DNA from: Malassezia furfur
Lineage: Eukaryota
Assembly: GCA_052055015.1 (NCBI GenBank)
Contig: JBQJIT010000009.1
Strand: one strand, 5' to 3'
DNA length: 20,000 nucleotides
The notes beneath the pieces are model-generated. The model saw only the letters and a list, made by a program, of their open reading frames with translations, searched no databases and was not told where the DNA came from. Positions 1 through 10,045 of this stretch are shown in pieces. Positions within the stretch are counted from its first letter, which is position 1. Each line of letters begins with the position of its first letter. A program made the translations under genes and the position numbers.

Positions 1-1
1 G

Positions 2-295
2 CAAACCGCCGACCAGATTCGTGCTATGGCCGCACAGTCTTTTGCGGAGAACGAGTCGGCGCTCGCAGAATTGCTGGAGTACGCGACGTCGCGCGACGCA
101 CGCCGCGCGCTGAGTGCCGCGAGTCAACAGCTCGTTGAAGCAGGTGCATTTGGCTTCCCCTGGATCGTTGCGTCGCGCGCGAGCGACGGCGAGGAGATGC
201 CCGTGTTTGGTGTGGATCACCTCGAGGTGCTGGCTGCCTTTTTCCACAAGGCGTACCTCGGTCCCCAGGCCGACGGCCAGACGCCGCGCCTGTGA
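2..295 (+). CDS. Glutathione S-transferase kappa / DsbA-like (HCCA isomerase family) protein, 3' part; 5' end outside window
   Basis: Frame is open from position 2 to TGA at 293-295. The C-terminal motif LVEAGAFGFPWIV...VFGVDHL is typical of kappa-GST/DsbA thioredoxin-fold proteins. It ends in -PRL (PTS1-like). Confidence 0.8.
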   Translation, partial: QTADQIRAMAAQSFAENESALAELLEYATSRDARRALSAASQQLVEAGAFGFPWIVASRASDGEEMPVFGVDHLEVLAAFFHKAYLGPQADGQTPRL

Positions 296-419
296 GCGCG
301 CTGCGCCGCGTTCGTAAAGTAAAAAAGACTGTATTCAAATACTATTTAGCAAAGAAGTGGGACAAAAGGGGAAGGATGCAAGAAAAGCGCAGCTCCGAAC
401 CGGTCGTGTGGTGTGTCGC

Positions 420-2978
420 TTAGTAGCTTGCCGAGACGCTCTGGTGGCCCTCGCGGTCGTGCATCGAGACCGAGTACTGACCTTGCGAGTGAAGGTTGCC
501 CACGCTCTGCATCTGGTTGTGGTAGTACGAGTTGATCTGGTCGTGGGACAGACCCGTACCGCCCAGCAGACCCTGCGCGAGGATCTGCTGCAGGTCGCTC
601 TCCTCGCCGTTGAGCGCGTTGTGCGATGCGCGGCTCTGGGACGCGGTCATCACACCGTCGAGCAGCGAGCTGTCGCTCACGCCGTCAGACACGCGCGCAG
701 CCTGCTGGCCACGGTGGTGCGACACACTCGACGTGGGGCGCGCCTGGCCGTTGTGGCGGGAACGCGTGAAGTGGCCCATCGACGAGGGGCTCGCACGGCC
801 GCTGCTGCTCGCGTTGCCGCGGTGGTGGCTGCGCGACGCCGACGGGTGGTGGCCCGACGAGCTCGACGAGTCCGCCGCGTACGCAGTCGCACTCGGCGCA
901 GACGACGAGCCGCTCGCGCTACCCGACGAGGTCGCATCGGTCGAGGCGGAGCCCGAGCTGCTCGACGACGGGTGCTTGTTGTTGTGGTGACGCGAGTGCG
1001 ACGACGACGACGAGCCGCTGGGCGCCGAGCTCGACCACGACGACGACTCCGTCGCAGAGCTGCCGGTGGGCGCCGACGACGACGACCACGAGTCGGTCGA
1101 AGTCGCGTCCGCAGACGACGAGCCCGTCGAGCTCGGGTCGGCCGACGACGACGACACACGCTCCGGCGTGCCCATCTTGGGCTTACGCGTGCCCGAGGAC
1201 GACGACGAGGTCGCCGCAGACGACAAGCCACTGTTGGTCGCCGCAGACGACGAGCCGCTGTCCGTCGTCGACGACGGCTCACCGCTCGACGAGCTGCTCG
1301 CGCTCTCGCCGGTAGAGTCCGACAGCGCCGCAATGCGCGCCGGGCCGCCGAGGCCACCCGCACGCTTCTCGAGCGAGCGCTTCGACGCCGTAGCCGGGTC
1401 CGCAGCAACGGTAGGCGCAGCAACGGCCGAGTCCGTCGACGACGCAGCGTCGGTAGCCGAGTCCGTAGCCGAGGCGCTGGCCGAGTCGGTGGCCGAGTCG
1501 GTCGCGCTCGTGGGCACCGCCGTGTCCGTCGACGACGGCGAAGCCGAGCCCGAGGACGAGGCGGCGCTCGTCGACGCCGACGACGCACTACCCGACTTGG
1601 ACTTGTGGTGCTTGCCGTGCTTCGACGAGTGGCTCGACGAGGCGCTCGCACTGGGCACCGACGAGCTGTGGTGCTTGTGGTGCTTGCTGTGCGTCGACGT
1701 CGCGGCGCCCGAGGTGCTGGCGTGGTGATGCTTGTGCGACGCCGTCGACGTGCCGTGGTGCTTGTGGTGGTGCGACGAAGACGACGACGGCATGTTCGCA
1801 TCGTCCGACATCTGCGCGAGCGCCTGGCGGCCCGACTCGGCGCCCGAGTACGGCGCGTACTCCGAGCTGCCCGAGTCACTGTCCTGGAGGAACACGTTGC
1901 CGCTCGTGGCCTCAGCGTTGCGCGAGCCCGAGTGGTGCGAGTGGTGACGCGACGAGCCCGTCGAGCCCGAGGTGGCGCTCGAGCCAGTGCCCGTCTGCGC
2001 CGCGTTGGCCTGCGACTCGGGGATGTAGTGCTGGCCGCCAATGTTGAGCACAAAGGCGGGCGAGTTGCCGCTCGTGCCGTCGTTCTCACCGGTGCCCGAG
2101 TTGCTGTTGCTGCTGCTCAGCAGCTGGTTGACGTAGTCGTCGCTCGAGCCCGACGCGGCGTCCTGGCCGTCCTGCGTAGCGCTCTGGCCGTCCGTGTAAG
2201 CCTGGCGGCCAGACGACTGACCGGACGAGGAACCCGTTGAAGTGGCATCGTCCGAGCCCGTGAGGCCGCTGCCGGAGTAGGCGTTCGAGTCGGTGCTGTC
2301 CGTGCTGCCGGTGTTGTCGGTGTCGTCGGAGACGTAGTCGCTCGAGCTGGCGTTCGAGTTCGAGCTGTCGTTCGAGTTCAAGCTGTCGTTCGACGTGCTG
2401 CCGACGTTCGAGCCCGTGTTACCACTGGACGCAGCGTTGGCGAGCGCACCACGCGCACCCGAGCCCTGGGCGCTCTTCGGCAGCGAGAAGCCCCACGGGC
2501 CGTCCTCGCTGACCATGTCCGTCGCCGACGACGTCGACGACGACGAGTGGTGCGAGCGGCGGGCGTGCTGAGCCGCAGGGGTAGCCGCGTACGTGCTGTC
2601 CTTCTTCTCGATGACAAACGCAGGCGACTCCTTCTTGTGCTTCCCGTCGGAGAACACGACCACGAACTGGTTCTTGCCGGTAGAGTAGGGTGCCTTGATC
2701 GACACTCGGTTGTCGCCGGTCTTGGTGCCGTCGACGTTCGAGGCGACCTTCTTCACCAGGTGCTTGCCAGTGGCGTCCACCTCGACCAGCGAGATGTCCA
2801 TCTTCTTCCAGTCAGACGAGCCAGAGAGATCCGGCTGCCATGTGATGTTCATCATATGGCCGGGACGCGTCGCGGCTGGGGCCTCAGGCACGATGCCGTT
2901 GCTCGTCTTGGACACAGGCGCAGCGCTGGCGAGCATGCCCGTGGCCGAGATGAAAGCGGGGATGAAGCGGTACTGCAT
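420..2978 (-). CDS. Secreted Ser/Thr/His-rich protein (852 aa) with an N-terminal Kre9/Knh1-like (GPI-anchored superfamily) Ig-like domain
   Basis: Intronless ORF with a signal-peptide-like start (MQYRFIPAFISATGMLASA). A folded domain (NITWQPD..WKKMDISL..VASNVDGT..SIKAP..FVVVFSDG..SPAFVI) resembles the Kre9/Knh1 N-terminus. About 700 aa of low-complexity S/T/H follow, with internal KR sites. Confidence 0.7.
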   Translation of the reverse strand: MQYRFIPAFISATGMLASAAPVSKTSNGIVPEAPAATRPGHMMNITWQPDLSGSSDWKKMDISLVEVDATGKHLVKKVASNVDGTKTGDNRVSIKAPYSTGKNQFVVVFSDGKHKKESPAFVIEKKDSTYAATPAAQHARRSHHSSSSTSSATDMVSEDGPWGFSLPKSAQGSGARGALANAASSGNTGSNVGSTSNDSLNSNDSSNSNASSSDYVSDDTDNTGSTDSTDSNAYSGSGLTGSDDATSTGSSSGQSSGRQAYTDGQSATQDGQDAASGSSDDYVNQLLSSSNSNSGTGENDGTSGNSPAFVLNIGGQHYIPESQANAAQTGTGSSATSGSTGSSRHHSHHSGSRNAEATSGNVFLQDSDSGSSEYAPYSGAESGRQALAQMSDDANMPSSSSSHHHKHHGTSTASHKHHHASTSGAATSTHSKHHKHHSSSVPSASASSSHSSKHGKHHKSKSGSASSASTSAASSSGSASPSSTDTAVPTSATDSATDSASASATDSATDAASSTDSAVAAPTVAADPATASKRSLEKRAGGLGGPARIAALSDSTGESASSSSSGEPSSTTDSGSSSAATNSGLSSAATSSSSSGTRKPKMGTPERVSSSSADPSSTGSSSADATSTDSWSSSSAPTGSSATESSSWSSSAPSGSSSSSHSRHHNNKHPSSSSSGSASTDATSSGSASGSSSAPSATAYAADSSSSSGHHPSASRSHHRGNASSSGRASPSSMGHFTRSRHNGQARPTSSVSHHRGQQAARVSDGVSDSSLLDGVMTASQSRASHNALNGEESDLQQILAQGLLGGTGLSHDQINSYYHNQMQSVGNLHSQGQYSVSMHDREGHQSVSASY

Positions 2979-3332
2979 TGCGAGTAGCGAATGAATGTAG
3001 ATTGAGTAGGTGAGAGCACGCGATCAACGCTGTACCGAAGACACTCGGGGTGTGCGGTTACCAGAACCGCGGGAGAGAAAGGGAGAGGTGACGGAGCGGG
3101 GTTGCACCCCATCGCCAATATAAGCACTTCGCTCGTGGGCCATCAATGGACCCACAGATCTCGGTACGCAGCGTAGATGCTCGTCGGCGCGCCGCGCCGC
3201 GTGGGTGGTGGAATTCGCGCAGGACCTGCATCACGTGGATCGGCGAATGCGGGGCACGACCCTGGGTGAACATCTACCAATTCTACAACGCGCACGACCG
3301 GCGTATCGGCGTACGCGCATCGAGATCCTACC

Positions 3333-4862
3333 TCATCGCCACTGGTGCTGCTTCGCGCCAATGGCAACCGCAAGGTCCTCGAGCTCACGTCCCCATGCAT
3401 GAGCTACCCCGGCCTGCCGGCGGCTCACCTGCTCCGCACGCGGCGCAAGCTCGAGCGTCCCCTCCACCTGGTCAATCCGACCGCGAATGCGCCCGTCGAG
3501 GATAAGCATCAGCACGAGCGACGTCACCCGTTCCTCTGCGAGCTGCAGCATGTCGGCCAATGCCGAGAGCCGGATGGAGCCATAGGGCCGCACAGCACCG
3601 ATTAGGTATTGGATCCTCAGCTCCGTGAGCACGTCTGCAATGAACTCGCGGATAAAGTCGTCGTCGGTGAGCGTTGCATGGTTGTCTGGGTGAGCATGGC
3701 ACGTACCGCGCACAATGCGCTCGGCACCCTGTACATCACGCCGCTGGTAGGCGTCGACAAGCGAGGTCATCGCGACAATGTTGGGGTCGTCGCGGTATGG
3801 CTTAGTCTCCTGCGAGTCAAATGGGTTGACGTCGCTACCCATAAGCATGTGCGCTAGCACAAGATATTTGAGAACTTGGATGCGCAGCTGGCTTCCCGCT
3901 TCATCGTAGTTGCGGAACGCCTGGAAAAAGTCGACCTGCGCGGCCTCCCAGTTTTCTGCGTGAGCGTGCGACGTACTTTCGGCCATATGCATCTTACCGC
4001 CGCTCTCGCGAATCATGCCCATGGTGCGGGGGTGCGGAATCGCATTCTTGATTCGCATCGCTGCATCGTAGGTGTCCTGCATCAGTGTGTTGACCCACCT
4101 TGACTTTCTTCAGGTTGCCCATCTCGCGGTACATTTGGATCTCGAGCGCGAGCAGCTCCAGCATGAGCGTGCCCTTGGACTGTCCGTCGCCAGCATCGGC
4201 CGCGAACTCGTTTGCGCGCAGCTCACGCAGCGTCTCGGTAAGCCGCGCCCACTCTTTGCGCGACAGCCACAGCCGCGCAAGTTTCAGCTTAATCTTCATG
4301 TTGAGCCGGTCGCTCTGCGACGCGGCCAGCACCTCGTCTGTCGCTTGGTAGAATGCCTCGAGGATCGCGAGGGACGCATTCGACGCTGAGACGTAGTCGA
4401 GGATCGAGTTGACCGATTTTTCGCTGCATCAGTTTCCCACGTACGTGTAGTTTCGCGTTACGGCTGACTTGGTATACTTGAGCAGTGCGCGATAGGTCCG
4501 CAGCGCCTCTTCGTGCTGTCCCCGATGGAAATGGATCTTGGTCTGCTGCTTGAGCGCCTTGAATCCCCTGTGTGAGCGCATCCACATACCACTCGGTCAT
4601 ATCTGTCTCGGCATCCAAGATGTCCTGAAGCTCGCGGATCGCCGCGTCGGGCTGCTCAGCCTTGATGGCTGCGTCAGTGCGATGCATAGGTACCCTTCGC
4701 GTTGTAGTATTTGTTCTCGATATATGCGTCCGCATCTTGCTCATCGTCGTCGTCCTCATACTCGAAGTCATAGTCCTGCATAAGTCGGTTGCGCGCACCT
4801 CTTCGAGCGCATCGTCCATCATAAACTGCGTCAGTGGCGCGGCCTACCTCCTCGTCCGACAT
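3333..4862 (-). CDS. CSN2: COP9 signalosome subunit 2 (PCI domain), 450 aa after splicing 8 introns
   Basis: Spliced product reads MSDEE-FMMDDALEE-DYDFEYEDDD...IENKYYNAK...EWGFKALKQ...VTRNYTEKSVNSILDY...PHPRTMGMIRESGGKMHM...DFFQAFRNYDEAGS...NPFDSQETKPY...ILDGRIRGRIDQV. Introns are 4826-4847, 4776-4798, 4669-4693, 4568-4589, 4424-4444, 4077-4098, 3956-3976 and 3686-3706. Spliced length is 1353 nt (in frame). Confidence 0.95.
4424..4444 (-). other. Representative 21-nt spliceosomal intron (GTACGTGGGAAACTGATGCAG) in CSN2
   Basis: It contains an in-frame TGA, so it must be removed. Removal restores the conserved RNY(T)EKSVNSILDY. Confidence 0.9.
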
Positions 4863-4975
4863 CCTGGCGGCGCACGGTCGTTGCGGAGCTCGCCGATCGA
4901 TCGGGGAAATATACACGTGCTGGACTCCCGGCCGTCGCGCAGCCGAACCCCGTTTCCGATCGTCGATCGCTCGCC

Positions 4976-5692
4976 ATGGTCCTGGTACGTAGGCAGCTGC
5001 ATTGTGCCTTCTTACACGCAGGAAAAGCTGTCCATCTACCCCCAGCCCGATCAACCGGTGACCGTCGTCGAGACCTCGAACGAGCTCGAGCGCCAGGTCG
5101 GTGGCATCCGCGAAGCCGTCCAGCGAGGCACGCGCGGGGCCTTGCAGTCGGTGCGCTCGGGCGTCGACCGCGTGGTGAACACGGAGCACAAGGTCGAGAG
5201 TAGGTTCACGAGGCACTAACGCAGACCGCTTTGACCAGCTCGTCGCCAAAGACGAGTCGCTCACGCCCAACGGCCTGTACGTCGGCGTTGCGACGCTCGC
5301 CAGCGTTGTGTTCACGCGGTACCGTACGTGTTGCTACTCACCCAGGCTCGTTCCCGATTCGCTGGTTCACGCCGCCGCTTGTGCTTGCGCTGTCCTTCAA
5401 GTACTTCCTGCCGCACACCTTTGACAACACGGCGGAATACTACGATGCGGTGGAGCACAAGAACTTCCCGCAGTTCAGCGAGAAGCGCCAGAATGTTTGG
5501 TCGACGATCAAGCGCACCTACTTCACTGGTGTGTCGCACCTTGAGCGCACGGGCGAGCAGGCCAAGGATGCCCTCGCGTCGGGCGTTCACAGCATGGAAA
5601 ACAGCACCGGCCTCAAGCTCGGCTCGGTGCTGCCGACGGGCACGGTGCCGGAGTCGGCGCCGAAACTGGCCGACAAGACCAAGCTCGTGTAA
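4976..5692 (+). CDS. MICOS complex subunit MIC26/MIC27 (apolipoprotein O family), 210 aa, 3 introns
   Basis: Reads MVL-EKLSIYP...VETSNELERQV...EHKVE-NRFDQLVAKDESLTPNGLYVGVATLASVVFTRYRSFPIRWFTPP...YFLPHT, matching the ApoO/MIC26 pattern. Introns are 4985-5021 (37 nt), 5200-5224 and 5324-5345. Spliced length is 633 nt. Confidence 0.85.
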
Positions 5693-5713
5693 TAGGGTAT
5701 AGCCAACTCGATC

Positions 5714-6630
5714 CTATCGCTTTGCATGGCCAGGCGCCAAGAGTTGTCCTGCGAGACGCCGCCCAGCCGCGCTCAGTTGCGGCGCGCGCTGCGCTCGCGA
5801 AAACGCCGGCGCCGTTCGCACAGGCTTGGGTCGCTTTGCGCGCGCCTCATGAAAGTCGCGGCGCACAACTGGTGTCGACAGGCTAGGGTCCGTGGACGAC
5901 TCGCCGACCAGCGGCAGGTCGTCGCTCCACCCAATGCGCTCGCGCAGATCGGCGTCGCGCGCCGCGCGTTCTAGGCGCGCTTTCTTGTCCGCACGGAACG
6001 CACGGCGCATCTCAGCATTGCGCGCGTACGGGTCTGCCCACCGCCCATAATTGTGTTCCTCAAGCTCCTCGATGCGCGCCTGCCGCTTCGTACCGTCCTG
6101 CTGCTGTGTCTTTTTGCGCTCGAGCTGCGAAAAGGCGCCGTCCTCGCTGGGCGCCTCGGGGTCTGTGTGAGGAGGCATGCGTACCGTGAATCGGGAATCC
6201 GCCATGCTCCTCGGGATCCCAATCCTGGAGCTGCTCGCGCGCGCCTGACTCGATCACGTAGCGCGTGTGCTCAGGATCCGTCTGGATCGCAAAGTAGCTC
6301 TTGCACGACGGACACTTGCACCGGAACAGCCAGATAGGCGTCGAGTAGTACTGGCCTACCTGTCTTTTCTCAGCATTAAAGCGCACACCCTGTCCAATCC
6401 GCTCGTTGCACGAGAGGCTGGCATCAGCCTTGCACATACCACCAGATGTGAAAGGGCAGCTCAACTGTGTCATTGAAGTACACGTACATCGCACCACTTT
6501 GCCAAACTTGGACGGCCCGTCTCTCCGAGTCGGCCGTGGCTTGAATGGTTTGTCACGATCGTCCTCGTCCCAGGGGCGGTACCGCCCCACTATGCATCAG
6601 CGACGCACACCTACTATTAAACCCCTGCAT
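5714..6630 (-). CDS. Saf4/Yju2 (CWC16/CCDC130-type) splicing factor, 274 aa, 4 introns
   Basis: Spliced start MQGFNMGRY, then VRFELPFHIWCLSCNERIGQGVRFNAEKRQVGQYYSTPIWLFRCKCPSC...IQTDP (two CxxC), then DPYARNAEMRRAFR. Introns are 6590-6614, 6465-6487, 6418-6439 and 6163-6184. Spliced length is 825 nt. Confidence 0.92.
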
Positions 6631-6664
6631 GGTGGACGTATGACCTCCACACGTGCACGGGCAA

Positions 6665-7849
6665 CTACGGCAGGGAGAGAGCACGGAATTCCCAATACTT
6701 GGTGCGTGCAGGGTCGGCGTAGCGTAGCCGCGCAAGGATCTGGGTAAGCAAATTACGTACTGCGCGGCCCTCGTTGCGGAGCGCTTCATCCTGGCTCGCC
6801 TGGTACTGCTCGATCGCGGCGTCCAGAAGCCACTCCAGCGCATAGGGTGGCGTCCGACCAGCCTCGTCAATTTCAGGGTGCTCTGCGGAGTGCACATGGT
6901 CTCGGTCCGGTACAAAGGCAGCCACCTGATCCGCAATATCGGTCATCGGCTTCCGCGGCTCAAGCGCTGTACACAGCCTAGGTGAGCCCTCCACGTACCC
7001 CCGCAAGTAGTTCCACGGGCTCGCATTGTTGGGCGCCATAGCAATTTTCTCAAGCGCGTACGTGATTTCGGCATCGCGCGTCGTTTGCAAAGACGGACTG
7101 ATCCGCCGGCCTTCTGCGCCACGCCCAAAAATGCAGAACCAGCGGTGGTTGTACGCGCTATTGTTCCGAATGTCCTCTGCAAGCATCTCGTCCACAAACG
7201 CAAGCTCACCGTCCCATAGTTGAGGAAAAGCACCCGCGCCTGGCGCACGCAGTTTTTCGTCATGCTCATGCAGTCCGCCGAAGTGGGCCAGTACCCATTG
7301 CCGGTAGGCCCAGGTATGGTAATTCTTGGCGTCCAGGCTCAAATTCGCGCGTGTAAAGTCGAGTTCACGGCTTGGATCACCCAGCACGGACACAATGATG
7401 CGGCGGTGTTGCCTGTGTTAAAATAGAGCTTACCAGATCTGGTAGTTCTTCATGTTGTGCTTCGCAAACTCATCCAAGAAATCGAGTTCCTGGCGCAGGC
7501 GGTCATGGTTACCGTCGGCCTCGCTTAGCTGCAGCAGCACCTCAGCACGGTACTGCCAGATGCTGTAGTTGGCGGGGTTCAGGTACAAAAGATGAGCTGT
7601 GAGCTGCAGCGCGCGTTCCGAGGCTTCGACACGCCCAGGATGCATCTGCTTGAGTGCACGAAACAGGTCCATGGCCTGGGAATCTGCGTAAGCCTGAGAC
7701 GTACACTCGGGGTCGTACGGAATGGGGCACAGCGGATACGGTCCATCGTCCTGCGACACTGGCACAACGTCGGCCCACGTAGAAGACGTGGGATCGAATC
7801 GCATGGTGGACGGATCCTGCTCCGCGTCCACCTCGCGAATGGCAACCAT
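6665..7849 (-). CDS. RAM2: Protein farnesyltransferase/geranylgeranyltransferase-I alpha subunit, ~366 aa, 4 introns (all 21 nt)
   Basis: Contains WADVVPVSQDDGPYPLCPIPY and PPTA repeats NPANYSIWQYR, KNYQIWQHRR, DAKNYHTWAYRQW, DIRNNSAYNHRWF and APNNASPWNYLRG; ends DPARTKYWEFR. Introns are 7684-7704, 7413-7433, 6978-6998 and 6740-6760. Start codon is uncertain (7849 or 7804). Confidence 0.95.
7413..7433 (-). other. Representative 21-nt spliceosomal intron (GTAAGCTCTATTTTAACACAG) in RAM2
   Basis: It carries an in-frame TAA inside the PPTA repeat. Removal restores KNYQIWQHRR. Confidence 0.9.
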
Positions 7850-7936
7850 GCGAATGTGGAGAACAAAGGAACATGACAAAGCAACTATGGGCCTATCACC
7901 CCGCAGAAACAGAAACGAACATTGCGCCATCCCAAA

Positions 7937-9163
7937 CTAGGTATGCAGCGGCTCAGCAGCGACGTACTGGAACTCACTGTCCGACGCCACTTGTTGCGCT
8001 TCGCTGGCCCTCGCATCGATGGGCTTCGTGAGGTAATCCTCTTCGAAGAGCGTGCACCAGTCGTACGAGCCTAGCCGGCGCTGCAGCAGATCACAGACGC
8101 GCGCCTTGGTCCAACCATCAAACTCGATCTGCAAGGCCAAGGGATGGCTCGGTTCGGCCTCTGATAGCAACGCATCCACATTGAGATGGGTCGGCCACAG
8201 GTGGTGCTCGCGTAAAAGCCATTCGAGACGCACAATGCGTCGTTTGTGGTCACAGTAGGCTTCATGGATCAGGCATAGACGCTCGCGCACTTCCGGGTCA
8301 AGGATGCGCCCGGATACGTCGACCGCGCGCCATGCCGGCCCGTTCGGCCAGGGAGGTATGTCTGGCTCCAGGGGCACATACAGTGTCGTCACAACGCGGC
8401 GGCGCATTTGCTTGCTTGGTGCGACGGGGAACAGGCGCTCGAGGTCGTACTGCGACACGGTAAGCGTGTTCTTCGTTTCGTCCTCGTATGCGGCTGCAGT
8501 CGCCGCCGACTTTTCGAGCGCCTTGGCCTGCGCCACATCGGCGCGCTTCACAGGCGTATACAGCGATCCATCCAGTTCGATGCCAAAGCGATGCACATTG
8601 AGCGAGTGCGCAAATGCCGACCATGCGCGCTGCGCCGTCCACTTGTGCGACCATTGATCTTCCACCTCGCAGCCCACGGCGCGGAGTGCCAAAGGCGCGT
8701 TGGTGACCAGCGTTTCAAACAGGCGGGCGCCCTGAGGGCCCGAGCTAAACGAGCGTGCAGATTGAAGACCTGCGCCATGGCGCATCGAGGGCACATACGC
8801 AGGCCCATGCGGCAGCCTCGCACGCATCGCGGCAAAGTTGCCGAGCGGCGTCGCACGGCTCGACAGGCCAAAGTGCTCCGGCACGAAGCCAGAACGTGGC
8901 GAAGCGGGTCGCATCCCATTTTTCACGCTCGAGGGAGAGAAGACACGCAAAGCCCCATCCCAGAACGGGGCAAGTTTCTCGAGGGTCAGACGCGCATAGC
9001 GACCAAGGCGGTGGCGGCGGCCGCGCCGCGCCGCCATGCCGGCGTTGCGAGACGAGAAGCGCAAGGCAGAGGATCGTGGTGCACGTAGTGCTCCAGCTGG
9101 GTCTAAATTGCGACCCAGCCGGAGCATGGCTCGGAAGAGGTCCTGTTTAGGAGGACCTGCCAT
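7937..9163 (-). CDS. Uncharacterised fungal protein (~408 aa), possibly Spg5 (stationary phase protein 5)-like
   Basis: Long intronless ORF with first ATG at 9163 (MAGPPKQ); the ORF-track start at 9283 is not ATG. The segment GAGLQSARSFSSG..RLFETLVTNAPLALRA resembles my recollection of a conserved fungal motif. Family assignment is tentative. Confidence 0.55.
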   Translation of the reverse strand: MAGPPKQDLFRAMLRLGRNLDPAGALRAPRSSALRFSSRNAGMAARRGRRHRLGRYARLTLEKLAPFWDGALRVFSPSSVKNGMRPASPRSGFVPEHFGLSSRATPLGNFAAMRARLPHGPAYVPSMRHGAGLQSARSFSSGPQGARLFETLVTNAPLALRAVGCEVEDQWSHKWTAQRAWSAFAHSLNVHRFGIELDGSLYTPVKRADVAQAKALEKSAATAAAYEDETKNTLTVSQYDLERLFPVAPSKQMRRRVVTTLYVPLEPDIPPWPNGPAWRAVDVSGRILDPEVRERLCLIHEAYCDHKRRIVRLEWLLREHHLWPTHLNVDALLSEAEPSHPLALQIEFDGWTKARVCDLLQRRLGSYDWCTLFEEDYLTKPIDARASEAQQVASDSEFQYVAAEPLHT

Positions 9164-9350
9164 GCCGAGCGTCTGCAATGCAATCAATCCGGAGGGGAAG
9201 GTGGAGCAGCGGTGGCGGCGTGCCCATGGCGCAGGGGCCACCCTGGCGCCACCGGCACGTGGCCTTGTGGGGCGGAGCGCCACCGGCGAGGGCTGTGGGG
9301 CTGCGCAGGGCGCGTACCGATGGTATCCATAGAGGTGTGCTAATTACATG

Positions 9351-10045
9351 TTACAGAAGAAGCAGAAGCGACACGCCAATGGGGGCCACAATAAAGAGAA
9401 GGACGTGAATGGAGGGGCGAATGGCCGCACTCAGGAATAGAATGGGGAAGGTGTTGGCGTACTTACCCTCGCCGCTCGCGGAGCTGAGCGGGACAAAGCC
9501 CAGCATGCGGTCACGGTCATTGGAGAAAAGAGCTTCGCAGTCAGGAATCTTGCATGCCTCCTCTGCCGACACCTTGGCCTGGATGCGGTACCAGCATGTC
9601 GTGTCCGTCGCCGCAGTGCAGCACGTGTTCACGATGCTATCGGTCCAGCCGGCCTGCTGGTTCTGTGACAGGGCGTTATCCATCGTGCAGGTACCCTGCG
9701 GCGTGTCCGCCGAGAGAGTCGCCGTCGCACCGGCCGAGGCAACACCCGAATGCTCGAGTTGGTTCGACGCCGTGGGCGTGGCCACGTCCGAGGACGTCGC
9801 ATTGCTGCTCGCAGAGCTGTTTGAGCTTGGTGCACTTTTGGCGGCAGACGACGTTGCATTCGACGCGGTCGCGTTGTTTTCGGCGCGTGCAACGACCGGC
9901 GATGCAAACACAGGCGCAGCAGCTATGGGCGCGTTCAGGTCATTGTCACTGCGTCAGCACGTCAGACCTACCCCACGGCAAGCTGGGCCTGAGCCACAGA
10001 TACGAGCGCAAGAACCGCGAGTAGCAGGGCAACAAAGGCCTTCAT
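9351..10045 (-). CDS. Small secreted, probably GPI-anchored protein (223 aa) with an S/T/N-rich stalk and a 6-Cys domain
   Basis: Removing a 23-nt intron (9949-9971, GTAGGT...CTGACGCAG) joins the signal peptide MKAFVALLLAVLALVSVAQA to the 9351-9911 ORF. It has N-x-S/T sites, six Cys, and a hydrophobic C-terminus (SAAIRPSIHVLLFIVAPIGVSLLLLL). Confidence 0.85.

Noticed and set aside
357..2240. 627-aa (+) and 470-aa (-) Arg-rich ORFs overlapping the secreted protein
   Set aside because: These are shadow frames of GC-rich Ser (TCG) codon runs. They have non-ATG starts and no domain-like content.
3418..3432. Possible 15-nt intron GTGAGC...GCAG near the CSN2 3' end
   Set aside because: It has no branch motif, is below the observed 21-nt floor, and the frame is open without it.
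3146..3505. 119-aa + strand ORF (MDPQISV...) after an ATATAAG box at about 3117
   Set aside because: It overlaps the CSN2 3' end antisense and has no recognisable motif. The region is more simply the promoter of the secreted-protein gene. It cannot be fully excluded without RNA data.
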